Positions 19,050 through 28,965 are shown, counted from the stretch's first letter. The stretch is DNA of 59,951 bases from Candidatus Daviesbacteria bacterium (GCA_027451625.1 DAIDIY010000011.1:1-59951), one strand, 5' to 3'. The notes: generated from the sequence alone by a model not told the origin. Made by a program: numbers and translations.

Positions 19050-19202
19050 ATGCTTTGCGAAGAGACAAAGGTAGAAATACAGGATAATGATCATTGTGAC
19101 TATCAGTTTTGTCCAATATGTGGAAATATTATAGGAATAATGCCTGGATCGGCAGATGCTATTTGTAAAAATTGCGGATTTAAAGACCCTTGCTGTGAGT
19201 AG
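19050..19202 (+). CDS. 50-aa Cys-rich Zn-ribbon microprotein (CPICG...CKNCG...CC)
   Basis: My translation MLCEETKVEIQDNDHCDYQFCPICGNIIGIMPGSADAICKNCGFKDPCCE*; starts 3 nt after upstream stop; below ORF-track cutoff. Confidence 0.75.
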   Translation: MLCEETKVEIQDNDHCDYQFCPICGNIIGIMPGSADAICKNCGFKDPCCE

Positions 19203-19211
19203 ATAATATAT

Positions 19212-19838
19212 TTATTTTGTAGGAAAGTAACAAATTGTAAATCCATCAAAACTAGGAATATATTCTTTTTCTCGATTAGTTCTTGTAAAAGTTGATACTT
19301 TCTTCCCAAAAGCAAGTGGATATTCCACATGAGGGGTAAATATGTAACTTCCTATCTTTGATGACTCCTGAGAAGGCAGGCGTTGTAAACCGTAGAAACC
19401 AAGTCTTCTGCTAAGTTCTGTTATTATGTCAGTTGTAGGAATTCCTCTTACTTCCCGAGAAATATTATCAAATTTAATAATTCTTACAGCTTGATGGCGA
19501 CCAATCATCTCAGAGATAGGTCTGCAATATCCCAGGTATTCTTCATAAGTTTTTCCTGTGCTAATAGTTTCTCCTAGTATTTTTCCAGTGGGGCTATCTT
19601 TCGAGAACAGATAAGTTAAAGTACCGCGATTTGGAGTTGGATCTAGTCCATAAAAACTAACGACTTTAGGAATCATTGCATGAAGTCTTTGAGCAATAAG
19701 TTTAGAATACCCACGCAGCTGTTCTTCCTCGAATGAATAAAAATTATCGGAATACATTCCTGATCTTCTCCTCAGCCATCTTACAAAATTACAATAATTC
19801 TTTTCTTGTGGGTTTAGAATCTCTCTTTCAATAGCCAT
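19212..19838 (-). CDS. hypothetical protein
   Basis: Long ORF; ATG 19838 lies 7 nt after TATAAT. Confidence 0.7.
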   Translation of the reverse strand: MAIEREILNPQEKNYCNFVRWLRRRSGMYSDNFYSFEEEQLRGYSKLIAQRLHAMIPKVVSFYGLDPTPNRGTLTYLFSKDSPTGKILGETISTGKTYEEYLGYCRPISEMIGRHQAVRIIKFDNISREVRGIPTTDIITELSRRLGFYGLQRLPSQESSKIGSYIFTPHVEYPLAFGKKVSTFTRTNREKEYIPSFDGFTICYFPTK

Positions 19839-19879
19839 AGACCGCATTATACTGTAAATGTAAGAAAATGAAGATTTGA

Positions 19880-19908
19880 TTGACAAAATAGGCTCACCTT
19901 AATAAGCT
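19880..19908 (+). promoter_or_regulatory. sigma70 promoter TTGACA-17-TAAGCT, 7 nt before ATG 19916 (leaderless)
   Basis: TTGACA 19880-19885, TAAGCT 19903-19908. Confidence 0.7.
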
Positions 19909-19915
19909 ATTAAAT

Positions 19916-20194
19916 ATGGAGTTATCTGCGTCTGATATTCCGGTTAATTCAAAAACATCTTTTGCAAATCGTCCTCAATGGCAAAGGCTGTTATTTGTTG
20001 CGGCTGCACTAGGGGGAGTAATTATTTTAGTTATGCTTTTTGCAAATCTAAGAAAGGTAAAAACATCATCTGAGAGTTCTACCATAGTTTATGGTAAGCC
20101 TGTTGGTGCTCTGCCTGTATTTCGATTGGTGACAGGAGTACCTCCACAACCACATGTGCCAGATTACTTAAAGCCGCAAATACCCAAACACTAA
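19916..20194 (+). CDS. small single-pass membrane protein
   Basis: TM LLFVAAALGGVIILVMLFA; canonical promoter upstream. Confidence 0.7.
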   Translation: MELSASDIPVNSKTSFANRPQWQRLLFVAAALGGVIILVMLFANLRKVKTSSESSTIVYGKPVGALPVFRLVTGVPPQPHVPDYLKPQIPKH

Positions 20195-21732
20195 TCTAGA
20201 AGTTTGCTTTTAATTAATTTTCTAACTGATAACCAGTATCCTTCTATTAAATCTTTTGAAGTAGGATTAGCCCCAAATGGAATCTCAAATGCAGGAGCGC
20301 GTGTAACCCCATAAAATCCATTCTTAATCTCGCTTTGGATTATGGAATTTTTATTCGCATCGACCCATTCAACACCTCCATCTCCTGATTGAGAATCGAC
20401 GATATAGATAGCTTTATTAAATCTAGGAAATTTTTTGTTCACTAAAAGTGAGGTTAAGATTTTAGGATTCAAAAGGGATTTTAAATTATTAGTAATGGTT
20501 TTTTGAATATCAAAATCAGTATTTAGCTCCCCTGCTGTATTTTCATTTGTTATAAAGTTTATTAAATTCACTCCGAAATTATTAATAGGATTTAGAATTT
20601 CTAATGAAAATAGTTTTGTTTTTATTACATTAAGCAACGCTTCAAATACTATTTTTTTCCGTACATTTCTCTCTGTTGTCCGGTCATAATCTTTTGGCAA
20701 TGCTTTCATAAACTCCATTAATCTAAATCCATTAAGAGTTTGTCTCCCTTTTGAAAATTTTTCTCCTAAATATTTTTTATTTTTGTAATAAAATGGCTGA
20801 GTCTCTAGATTGAACGGAATATCAACTTCTAATCCATGAAGCAGGTGGTCATCCATATCAGCTAGAATTTGATCGTTCATCGTAATCTGGAAATCTACGG
20901 AAAATCCGGTGGCATCCTCAATGGTTTGTCGCATAAGATCAAATCCGCCTATCCAATATGCCTGATCTATCTTAGAAGGTCCTGCTTTTTTGCCATATTT
21001 CTTTTCTTGGAATCTTTCAATTTCTACTGCTTCGATATCGTGAGTGAGAGACACCATATCTATGGTATTTTGATCTAAATCGATTGAAATTATAGTTGGT
21101 GAACCAATTCTCGCTTGATTATTAGATTCAAAAGTATCTCCATAACCAAAAAGCAAAAAGTTTACTCTACTTCTATTAAGATCAGCATCGACCCGATGAT
21201 TAAACTCTGGATCTGTTTGTTGTCTTTCCGATCGCCTTTTTTGGGCTTCGATGATAAAAGGTTTTAATAGTTCAAGGTAAAGATTATTAGATCTCTCTTT
21301 TGTCGCTTCTGGACTTGGAGTCAGGGTTTTTATAATCGGTGCTGAATCAACCTCGGGAGTGGTCTGAGCCGGTACTATGGTAGTAGGACTAATAGTAGGA
21401 GATGGATTAGGCTCATTTGGTTTGGGAGTAGAACTTTTTGAAATAGTATTATTTTTTTCTGCCAAAGTCTTTTCATTGGTATTAGAAAGAGATGTTGATG
21501 ACAAGGCTCTCTTGTTATGCAAAAGATATAATGAGGTCCCAATCCCAACTCCAAATAAGGCTAAGGCAGTTCGACGAGAAACAGCTGGTTGTTTAACTCT
21601 CTGATTGTTATTTGAAGGTAGGGTATGAATCGCTTTTTTTAAAGCTTTAGCTGCTGTTGCTAAAGCCTCTCTTTCAGGGTCTTCTCTGATTTCTCGTAAA
21701 ACACCTGTATAATCATTTAATTCTTCTCTCAC
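20191..21732 (-). CDS. divergent LCP (LytR-CpsA-Psr) family protein
   Basis: RVNFLLFGYG, IISIDL...MVSLTHD, KIDQAY..GG, TIEDATGFSVD, KGRQTLNG, RNVR; GTG 21732 follows AAGGAGGT; may be fused to upstream ORF. Confidence 0.75.
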   Translation of the reverse strand: MREELNDYTGVLREIREDPEREALATAAKALKKAIHTLPSNNNQRVKQPAVSRRTALALFGVGIGTSLYLLHNKRALSSTSLSNTNEKTLAEKNNTISKSSTPKPNEPNPSPTISPTTIVPAQTTPEVDSAPIIKTLTPSPEATKERSNNLYLELLKPFIIEAQKRRSERQQTDPEFNHRVDADLNRSRVNFLLFGYGDTFESNNQARIGSPTIISIDLDQNTIDMVSLTHDIEAVEIERFQEKKYGKKAGPSKIDQAYWIGGFDLMRQTIEDATGFSVDFQITMNDQILADMDDHLLHGLEVDIPFNLETQPFYYKNKKYLGEKFSKGRQTLNGFRLMEFMKALPKDYDRTTERNVRKKIVFEALLNVIKTKLFSLEILNPINNFGVNLINFITNENTAGELNTDFDIQKTITNNLKSLLNPKILTSLLVNKKFPRFNKAIYIVDSQSGDGGVEWVDANKNSIIQSEIKNGFYGVTRAPAFEIPFGANPTSKDLIEGYWLSVRKLIKSKLLD

Positions 21733-23935
21733 GGATCCTACCTCCTTTATCCAACCACTCAGCAAAAAGATCTCTTAATTGCTGTTCTGTTTTACCTTCC
21801 AGGTTTTTAATTTGATCTGTTTTATAAAGATGAAGTAGGAACTCTTTTGCTTGGACTGCATTTACTGGATTTATATTGTTTCCTAAGATATTAATGATAA
21901 AGTCCAAAACTTCCAAGTTGTCTTTTTCCCGGTTAATATATTCACTTATAAATTTAGGCGGAATTGTAGGATCTCCTGGCTCTTTTGGTAGGAATTGATT
22001 ATTGGCAAATTTATAATCTGCTAAATCTGCAATCTCTGAAAAAACTTCTTTTAAATTATTACCTATTTTAGTGCCTTTATCATCTAAATCTTTGGTTGCT
22101 GAAAGATATGGACCAAGAGTGGGAAGTAATTCATTCCATATAATTTGTATGTCTTGAGGAGTTGGAGAAGAAGGATAATAAGATAATAAGAAGAGAACTT
22201 GATTTAATAAGTCATCACCCGAATCATTAAAGAGTTTTGCCATTGATTCAGTATCTTTTAATTCATCCCGTAACTTTGGATCAGGTACTGCTATATCAAA
22301 AAGTAAACTCGTGACCAATTCTGTATTATATTCATTTATCAGTGCAGGATTTTCCAGCATATCCTTTACAGCTCTAATCCCTGGATAATATTTTTCTGGA
22401 AGAATAGATATCTTTTCAGCTAACTTTTTGTATATATTGTTAAATATATTTGGTTGTTCAGGATTTATATCTTGCGCTTTGATTATATCAAGAAAACCAT
22501 GACGGAAAGTATCATAGTTTTGATCCCATATTTCGTTAGGTGCTGTGATATCAGAAGTCATCTTAGAAATTGATTGATCTGGATTTCTGCTTATAGTTGG
22601 AAGAATGTCATTTATATGAGTAATATCCCTTAAGCTAGTTAATAGAGAATATAAGTTAGTGCTTTGAGGATTATCAGTATTATCTTCTTCTTGGGGTGGA
22701 GTATATTTAATCTCTAAAGTTGGTAATTGAGAAGTCAAAGAACCAGAAGGAATCTGCAGAGTTTGTTCTATCCATTCGATCTCATGTTGATAAACTGATA
22801 TATACTGCTTGGGGTGCTCTCGCACCCACTGCTGACGCTGTTCTAAAGAAAAGTTTTTTTGTAGTTTTACCCAATGATTATATGTACTTCTTTGAATTTG
22901 GGGGCTATCTCCCTCAGTTGCGAATTTGTCTATATAAACAAACGGATTATTTAGAAACATATTTTCGATCTGTTCCTCATTAAGAGTTAAACGTCCTTTT
23001 GATATAAAATGTTTAAGCTCAGATGGAATGTTCTTAGGATATAGGTAAAGATCTGGGTGCTTTGCAAAATAATCTTCTACTTCAAAAGGTTTATCCCTAT
23101 ACAAATCAGCAAGTTTTGTCTCAGCTTTAATTATAAGCATGTTAGGGATAGGAGAATCGGTTAAATCTTTGATACCATCTAGTTCTAGTCGTAAGATATT
23201 AAAGGGATTGGCATTTAGGAAACGTGCGACTTCCTTTAAAGGTATCTCTCTTTTAGCTGCTAAAATTTGATCTTTATTATTTATGTTAGAAGGAAGAAGC
23301 AATGGATCAATTTGAAGAAGTTCAAAAGGACTGAGATTAACCTCTATTTTTTGACTCTCTCTAGCCTCTGCACTGATATACCCTCCCATTTTAGCATTAT
23401 CATCTGCTCGAACGTCATGAGGATCTATATTGTCACGTATATAATCTCTCCTTTTAGGAGAACTACTATTTTCTGAAACAAGTTGAGAAAAAGATTCAAT
23501 GGTTATGTCTTGAGGATGTGTAGGAAGGGGATGTCCGCTCCTATCTAAGTCGGTAATTATTTTATTTATATAATCATTTAGTCTGGGGTCAGAATCATAT
23601 CCTAGCCATCTTAATGTTTGAATAGACTTTATTATTCCTTCAGTTTTTCCTTTCATATATGTCATTCCTAATCGCTCGACAGCTGCTGGGAAAAGTTTTT
23701 TCCTATAAGAATTTCCTATCGCAGTGGTCAAAGGATAGAGTTTTGTTATTATGGTTTTAATATTTGGATTGTTTGGGTCTAATATAGAAAGACACTCAAA
23801 ATCATCAATTAATACTTGAGGATCGAAGTATCTTCCTTTACTATAATTATCTGCAATCTGGGAGAGGAGCTCTTTTGGAGTTTTAGGAAGTATAAATGAT
23901 TGATCTGTCCGTACTTCAGATTCATTATTATTCAT
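21713..23935 (-). CDS. large hypothetical protein, no TM, no recognised domain
   Basis: 740-aa ORF overlapping the LCP gene. Confidence 0.75.
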   Translation of the reverse strand: MNNNESEVRTDQSFILPKTPKELLSQIADNYSKGRYFDPQVLIDDFECLSILDPNNPNIKTIITKLYPLTTAIGNSYRKKLFPAAVERLGMTYMKGKTEGIIKSIQTLRWLGYDSDPRLNDYINKIITDLDRSGHPLPTHPQDITIESFSQLVSENSSSPKRRDYIRDNIDPHDVRADDNAKMGGYISAEARESQKIEVNLSPFELLQIDPLLLPSNINNKDQILAAKREIPLKEVARFLNANPFNILRLELDGIKDLTDSPIPNMLIIKAETKLADLYRDKPFEVEDYFAKHPDLYLYPKNIPSELKHFISKGRLTLNEEQIENMFLNNPFVYIDKFATEGDSPQIQRSTYNHWVKLQKNFSLEQRQQWVREHPKQYISVYQHEIEWIEQTLQIPSGSLTSQLPTLEIKYTPPQEEDNTDNPQSTNLYSLLTSLRDITHINDILPTISRNPDQSISKMTSDITAPNEIWDQNYDTFRHGFLDIIKAQDINPEQPNIFNNIYKKLAEKISILPEKYYPGIRAVKDMLENPALINEYNTELVTSLLFDIAVPDPKLRDELKDTESMAKLFNDSGDDLLNQVLFLLSYYPSSPTPQDIQIIWNELLPTLGPYLSATKDLDDKGTKIGNNLKEVFSEIADLADYKFANNQFLPKEPGDPTIPPKFISEYINREKDNLEVLDFIINILGNNINPVNAVQAKEFLLHLYKTDQIKNLEGKTEQQLRDLFAEWLDKGGRIRERRIK

Positions 23936-24032
23936 GGTTATTCTAAGGATATATTGGAATCAAAAAAAACGGAATATGCTTCTACTATTGACTGAGTAAG
24001 TTAAAGGTGTTTATATGGTTATATAAATATTT

Positions 24033-26033
24033 ATGGCTGAAGAAGGCTCTGAAATTCTTGTTGATAAAAGAATAGCTGAAGGATTACTTGCTGTAGCCGA
24101 TGAGAGTACTCCTTCTATATCTAATACTACCACTAGTAATGAAACATCTCTTAATACTCCAAGAAAGCCTAGATTTATACCGCGTTTAAGGCAAGGCTTT
24201 AGAAATTTATTACATCGTCCTAGTTCTGACGGAGATAATAGTCTATCTGGAGCAGCCGTATCTTCAGAGACTGCAGAGAAGGAACCGTTATTTGGGAGTA
24301 ATCTTTATAAAGATGCTGAGGGTGGAATAGGTTCTGTGCCTAAAGTAGAGCCACCTCCTCAATCAACGCCTACTTTGAACTCTGAGCCTCTTCCTACTAC
24401 AGCCTCTGGACTTTCGGAGAGTGTCATGCAGCAAGCAAATATTAAAGCTCGACAGGAGGGAAAACCTCTGCCTTATCCTGAAGCTCAAGGTGTCAAGTTG
24501 CCCTATGCTTTGGAGGGGAAATTACTTGACCTTAAAGGTGAGCGAGATGTTCTAATACAAAAACTATCAGATTTGATGATTTCGGATGCGGAGCGTGCTG
24601 AATTTGAAGCGCAGATAGCAACTTTAGATGGACAAATAAATCAATTTATGTTTCCTACCCCTGAAGAGAGAAAGCAACAAGTAGAGGAGACTAAAAAAGA
24701 ATTAACTGATATTCGGGCCGCAAATGAAGATCTTGAACCAAGTTATAAAGAAGATTTAAATAACCAAATCGATTCTTTTATTTCAGAACTCGATAATTAT
24801 ATAAAAGATATTCCCGAAGCTGCGGATGCTGAACGATCCATTTTAAGAAGAGTCTTAGATTATAAGTTGCCTTTGGTGGGAGCTACCGTGAAAGATTATC
24901 TAATTTATACTGCAGTAGGTTCATCAACAGGATTAGTCGCCAGAACAGCCGTCTTGAATGGAATGAGGATATTCTTAAGTGTTGGCGCAACTCCGGTTGC
25001 TACAACTCTTGCTGGAGCTGCTGCAGGTGGAGCTTCAGGCTTTGCAAGAGAATATATAAAACTTGTTAGAGATGAAAAAAGGCAGGAAAAAATCTCAGAG
25101 TTAAGAGAGAAATATAATGATCGAAATACACTTAAAAGAGAACTTTTAGTTAGATTAAAGTCTGGTGATTTGCAAAGGTTAGGCAAAGCTAGCCTTCGCG
25201 GAGCAATCGTGGGTGCTATGTCAGGGTTTGTTGCATTTGAAGTAGCCAGCTGGGCTAAAGATCATATTGACCTGAACTCATTTATTGAAGGTATTAAACA
25301 TCATCTGCCTGGAGGCGGAACTGATCGTGGATCAACTCTTAGTGTTAAGCCCGAACCTACCCCAACGCCGTGGCATTCTCCGTCTCCTCATGAAACGCCG
25401 ATAAACAGTTCTGCCGGAGTCCATAGCACTTCTACTCCTATTGCTACTGAAACACCGACACCTACTCCAACTCATCCTTTACCTAATTCTTCACCTTTGG
25501 AATTATCATCTACACCCACTGTTCATTCAACTCCTGCTGTTAATCTTCCCCCTGGCCATTCTGGAACAAATATTGACTTAGGAAATCATGGAGCTTCGGG
25601 TACAGGACCTGGAAGCACTGGACTAGAGCCAAAGCCAGGTAGCAATCTTTCTGTTGGATCTTCACATGGATCAACTCTAGGAGTCTCAGCGGATAAGGCA
25701 AATGGTTCTTTTGGTACTCACAGTGCACCAGTAGGTGAAACTGCCTTTCATATTCCTGATGGAGTGATACCTAAAGATGGAATTGTCCACCTCTCTGAAG
25801 GGTCAAATCCTTGGAATATGGCTTCTAAAATTGGCGAACATGCATTAGGTAGGCCTTTGACACCTGAAGAGACGCTTGAATTGACTAAAGAAATAGCTAG
25901 GCAGTCTAAAGTTGCTGTTCCGGGATGGGGGATCGGTGGGCCTGGATTTACCGATGAACATTCACTTGGAACTGGATATAAACTTGTTTTTAATGATAAA
26001 GTAGTTTCTTTATTACAAAGTTTTAAAAAATAG
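24033..26033 (+). CDS. hypothetical membrane protein: coiled coil, glycine-zipper helices, P/T/S/G linker, possible LysM-like C-terminus
   Basis: LAGAAAGGASG and GAIVGAMSG; PTPTP linker; VHLSEGSNPWNMASK. Confidence 0.7.
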   Translation: MAEEGSEILVDKRIAEGLLAVADESTPSISNTTTSNETSLNTPRKPRFIPRLRQGFRNLLHRPSSDGDNSLSGAAVSSETAEKEPLFGSNLYKDAEGGIGSVPKVEPPPQSTPTLNSEPLPTTASGLSESVMQQANIKARQEGKPLPYPEAQGVKLPYALEGKLLDLKGERDVLIQKLSDLMISDAERAEFEAQIATLDGQINQFMFPTPEERKQQVEETKKELTDIRAANEDLEPSYKEDLNNQIDSFISELDNYIKDIPEAADAERSILRRVLDYKLPLVGATVKDYLIYTAVGSSTGLVARTAVLNGMRIFLSVGATPVATTLAGAAAGGASGFAREYIKLVRDEKRQEKISELREKYNDRNTLKRELLVRLKSGDLQRLGKASLRGAIVGAMSGFVAFEVASWAKDHIDLNSFIEGIKHHLPGGGTDRGSTLSVKPEPTPTPWHSPSPHETPINSSAGVHSTSTPIATETPTPTPTHPLPNSSPLELSSTPTVHSTPAVNLPPGHSGTNIDLGNHGASGTGPGSTGLEPKPGSNLSVGSSHGSTLGVSADKANGSFGTHSAPVGETAFHIPDGVIPKDGIVHLSEGSNPWNMASKIGEHALGRPLTPEETLELTKEIARQSKVAVPGWGIGGPGFTDEHSLGTGYKLVFNDKVVSLLQSFKK

Positions 26034-26046
26034 TTTAGACTAAGTT

Positions 26047-26403
26047 ATGAATCTGCAAATAGATGATATTTTAAACAAATTAGTTGATGAATGCCTGAGT
26101 GCACCTGCTTTTGCTACACTAGATGCTCAACAAAAAGAAGTGCAAAAACAGAAGATACTGAACCATTTTTATACAAGGATTCTTTTTATTACTATTGATA
26201 ACCTGACAGATGAACAGTATGGACAGATACAAGATCTAAAACCAGAAGATCCTCAATTTGAACAGAAGATAGAATCTTTTACTCAAGAGATGCCTCAGCT
26301 TTTAGATTTATTCGATCAGACATTAAAAAAAGATGCCGACTATATTAAAAATACAGGTCAACTTCCTTCCTTGGAAGAAGATCAATCCCAAAACCCTCTC
26401 TGA
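26047..26403 (+). CDS. hypothetical acidic helical protein (DUF5663-like)
   Basis: 118-aa ORF 13 nt downstream of previous gene; family guess is weak. Confidence 0.6.
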   Translation: MNLQIDDILNKLVDECLSAPAFATLDAQQKEVQKQKILNHFYTRILFITIDNLTDEQYGQIQDLKPEDPQFEQKIESFTQEMPQLLDLFDQTLKKDADYIKNTGQLPSLEEDQSQNPL

Positions 26404-26419
26404 TGTAAAATGCAGTTCT

Positions 26420-26944
26420 ATGAAAAGACAAGTAATACTAGTATCGCTTTTTGCTTTGTTTGTCTTACCGGCGCCTGTTCAAGCCAGAACAACACCTAAC
26501 GATATATATCAACAAAGGCAAGAAGAGTTTCGAAATGATTTAGCTAAAATACAAAATCCAACTAAGAAAGATTTAGTGATTAAAGCAAATAGTGAGCTTT
26601 ATGATATTAATCAACAGATATGTGATCGCTTCGAGATTGATATATATAAAATGGCAGCTGTTTTGGATGAAGAGAAAAAGCGTCAAGGTGTAACGCATAC
26701 AATAGTTGCTTATGGCCAAGGAAATACTCCGCTTGATCAGGCAGCTTATTATTTAAACTATGCCGAAGAGGCACTTGCTTATCAGCGCATTCAAGATTAT
26801 ACCCCTAATCTGTCAAATGGAGATGTTTCTGAATCTGTAGTTAAGAGTAAAGATTTGCTGGAAAATAATTTAGAAGTTTTACAGGAAAAAATACTAACTG
26901 CTAAAGCGGAGATTAATAAGGCATTAGATTACTATGAAAAATAA
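26420..26944 (+). CDS. secreted hypothetical helical protein
   Basis: ATG 26420 gives signal peptide MKRQVILVSLFALFVLPAPVQA; TAAAAT 8 nt upstream. Confidence 0.75.
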   Translation: MKRQVILVSLFALFVLPAPVQARTTPNDIYQQRQEEFRNDLAKIQNPTKKDLVIKANSELYDINQQICDRFEIDIYKMAAVLDEEKKRQGVTHTIVAYGQGNTPLDQAAYYLNYAEEALAYQRIQDYTPNLSNGDVSESVVKSKDLLENNLEVLQEKILTAKAEINKALDYYEK

Positions 26945-27212
26945 AAAATTTCTGTTTGTTATTTTATTTCTCACTGTCATAGGATTTATTCTATACTTGC
27001 TACCGAAACATCTACAGGCTTCAAATCTTACTGTGAGCTCTTTATCTACTCCAAAATTTACTCCTACTTCTTCTCCTAGTCCTACAATGGGTATTCCTAA
27101 ATTCAATTTTAATAAATCAACTAATTTAAAAGAAGAGCTTCAGACAGTAGATCCTAAGATAGATACTAATGATTTTTCTCCGTTGCAGCAGATTATATCT
27201 TCACTGAAATAA
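26934..27212 (+). CDS. small membrane-anchored protein
   Basis: MKNKK + TM + PTSSPSPT; overlaps upstream stop. Confidence 0.7.
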   Translation: MKNKKFLFVILFLTVIGFILYLLPKHLQASNLTVSSLSTPKFTPTSSPSPTMGIPKFNFNKSTNLKEELQTVDPKIDTNDFSPLQQIISSLK

Positions 27213-27358
27213 AGAAAAGTAACTATATGAACTGGATTTATCCAAAGAAAATAATATTTACTTTACTGGATAAGTCAATAAAAGAATTAAAGGCTCCACT
27301 ATCTGGATGATGATAGTTTTCCTGTAAATATCTAGTAAACTGTTTTTAATGTGTGTAT

Positions 27359-27610
27359 TCATCTTTTAATCACAGCTCCTTGAATGTAAAGTAGGAGTAA
27401 AGATCCAGCCATTGCCACCAAAAATGAAGATAGATTAAATCCTGTAATACTAACATTAAGTATTAGACTACCTAAAAATCCTCCTAACAAAGATCCCGCT
27501 ATTCCAACTAGGATTGATCCCCATATACCATCTCGTGATGCTCCTGGATCAAGTATATAAGTAAATATCCCTATCAAACTCCCGAATACCAACCAGGCTA
27601 ATACATTCAT
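27359..27610 (-). CDS. GlsB/YeaQ/YmgE (transglycosylase-associated) membrane protein
   Basis: LAWLVFG.LIG...ILVGIAGSLLGGFL...SFLVAMAGSLLLL. Confidence 0.88.
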   Translation of the reverse strand: MNVLAWLVFGSLIGIFTYILDPGASRDGIWGSILVGIAGSLLGGFLGSLILNVSITGFNLSSFLVAMAGSLLLLYIQGAVIKR

Positions 27611-27672
27611 TAGGCTAAATGATAAGTAACAGTTATGATAGAGGGAAAAAATTTACGTAAGAGTTTAGTCAA

Positions 27673-28236
27673 CTAGCTCTTACCAGTAATTATAACTATA
27701 TTAAATGGAGTAAGCTTAGATTCTGAAACTAAGGAAACTTTAGTGAATTCTTTTTGTAAAAGATCAACTAAAGGTTTTAAATCAGTAGAATTCAGATTGG
27801 ATGAGTAGTTTACTATTGTATGAGGCTGATTTTGAGAGTCGGCATTTCCAATCTGGATGTCTTTAAAGTTTAAATCACTAATTAATGTTTTTACTTTACC
27901 TGCCTGTCCGGAGATTCCGCTACCATTTAAAACCTGTACAGAAATCTGATCAAGATTAATTTGATCAACAGTAGGAGTGGGAGGGGTAATTCTAGAATTA
28001 ACAAGTGTTGGCTTTATATTAACATTCTGAGCTTCTAGGTTTAAAACCGGAGATTTTAAAGTAGGGAAAAGAGCTATATAGCCAAAAGCTATGCATATTG
28101 TGCTTACTAAAAATAATATAATGACTGCAAATAAAAGTGACGAGTGCTCTTTGTCAAAAAATAATACCTTCAGAGGATGAGAAGGCCTAAACGGGGATTC
28201 AGAAAAAATAACTCCTCTTTTACTCTTTTCTTCCAT
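27673..28236 (-). CDS. LytR C-terminal domain membrane protein
   Basis: TM then SVQVLNGSGISGQAG...IGNAD...IVIITG. Confidence 0.88.
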   Translation of the reverse strand: MEEKSKRGVIFSESPFRPSHPLKVLFFDKEHSSLLFAVIILFLVSTICIAFGYIALFPTLKSPVLNLEAQNVNIKPTLVNSRITPPTPTVDQINLDQISVQVLNGSGISGQAGKVKTLISDLNFKDIQIGNADSQNQPHTIVNYSSNLNSTDLKPLVDLLQKEFTKVSLVSESKLTPFNIVIITGKS

Positions 28237-28309
28237 AAAAACACTTCTAGTTTAACACAAATATTTAAAATTGACTTTAAGAAAATTAAAGATTAAAACA
28301 AAAAATCCT

Positions 28310-28510
28310 GTGGAACAATTATTGTTATCATTTTTACATAATCTTAATTTTTATCTTCCCAGAGATTTTATAGGGTTTATTTGGGGAGTGGTTATTTTAC
28401 TTTTACCTGTTTATTTGATTTTTAATCTATTGATATGGGTTTTTCAAGTCTCTTCAGACCCCCAAGAAGGAATAACAAAAAAAAATAACTCTAAAAAAGA
28501 TGAAAAATAA
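28310..28510 (+). CDS. small membrane protein
   Basis: Within ORF 28271..28510; GTG 28310 preferred because the TTG at 28271 is part of a TTGACT -35-like box. Confidence 0.5.
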   Translation: MEQLLLSFLHNLNFYLPRDFIGFIWGVVILLLPVYLIFNLLIWVFQVSSDPQEGITKKNNSKKDEK

Positions 28511-28530
28511 TTTAAATGTATACTTTAGAG

Positions 28531-28965
28531 TTAACGGTGAGGAGTAAATTTTTTAACTAGCTTAGCAGTGTATATAATTTCTCTTACTTCTCCATCATCG
28601 CCTTCGATTTCATTTACTCCTGATAATCGTTGATATTCTTTTAGATAATCAGACAAAGCCTCTTGCATCTGTTTAAGTTCACCTCTTGAGTTTGCGACTT
28701 TTTGAGCCAGATCCGCTGCTTGTGGCTGTTTTAAGATTTGAGATTTAGTCATTGATTTTAGCTTACTCGCTTCTTTGGCTTTCTTGTCATGCTCTTTATA
28801 GGTAGAGTCGTTGTTGAGAATATCGTCTATAATTCCTTGCTGTTTTTGAATCTCTTCTTCTAATTGACTAATGCCTGAAATGTGACTTTTTATCATTTGC
28901 TCTAAATTAATAAGAACTAAACCCTGATTATTTTCGTCTTGAGAAGTGGACTGATCTGGTTGCAT
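28531..28965 (-). CDS. hypothetical coiled-coil protein
   Basis: Helical ORF ending EIEGDDGEVREIIYTAKLVK; ATG 28965. Confidence 0.75.
   Translation of the reverse strand: MQPDQSTSQDENNQGLVLINLEQMIKSHISGISQLEEEIQKQQGIIDDILNNDSTYKEHDKKAKEASKLKSMTKSQILKQPQAADLAQKVANSRGELKQMQEALSDYLKEYQRLSGVNEIEGDDGEVREIIYTAKLVKKFTPHR

Noticed and set aside
27238..27282. Inverted TTATCCA...TGGATAA as DnaA boxes/oriC
   Set aside because: Only two imperfect boxes in a short convergent gap with no dnaA context; a terminator-like hairpin is as likely
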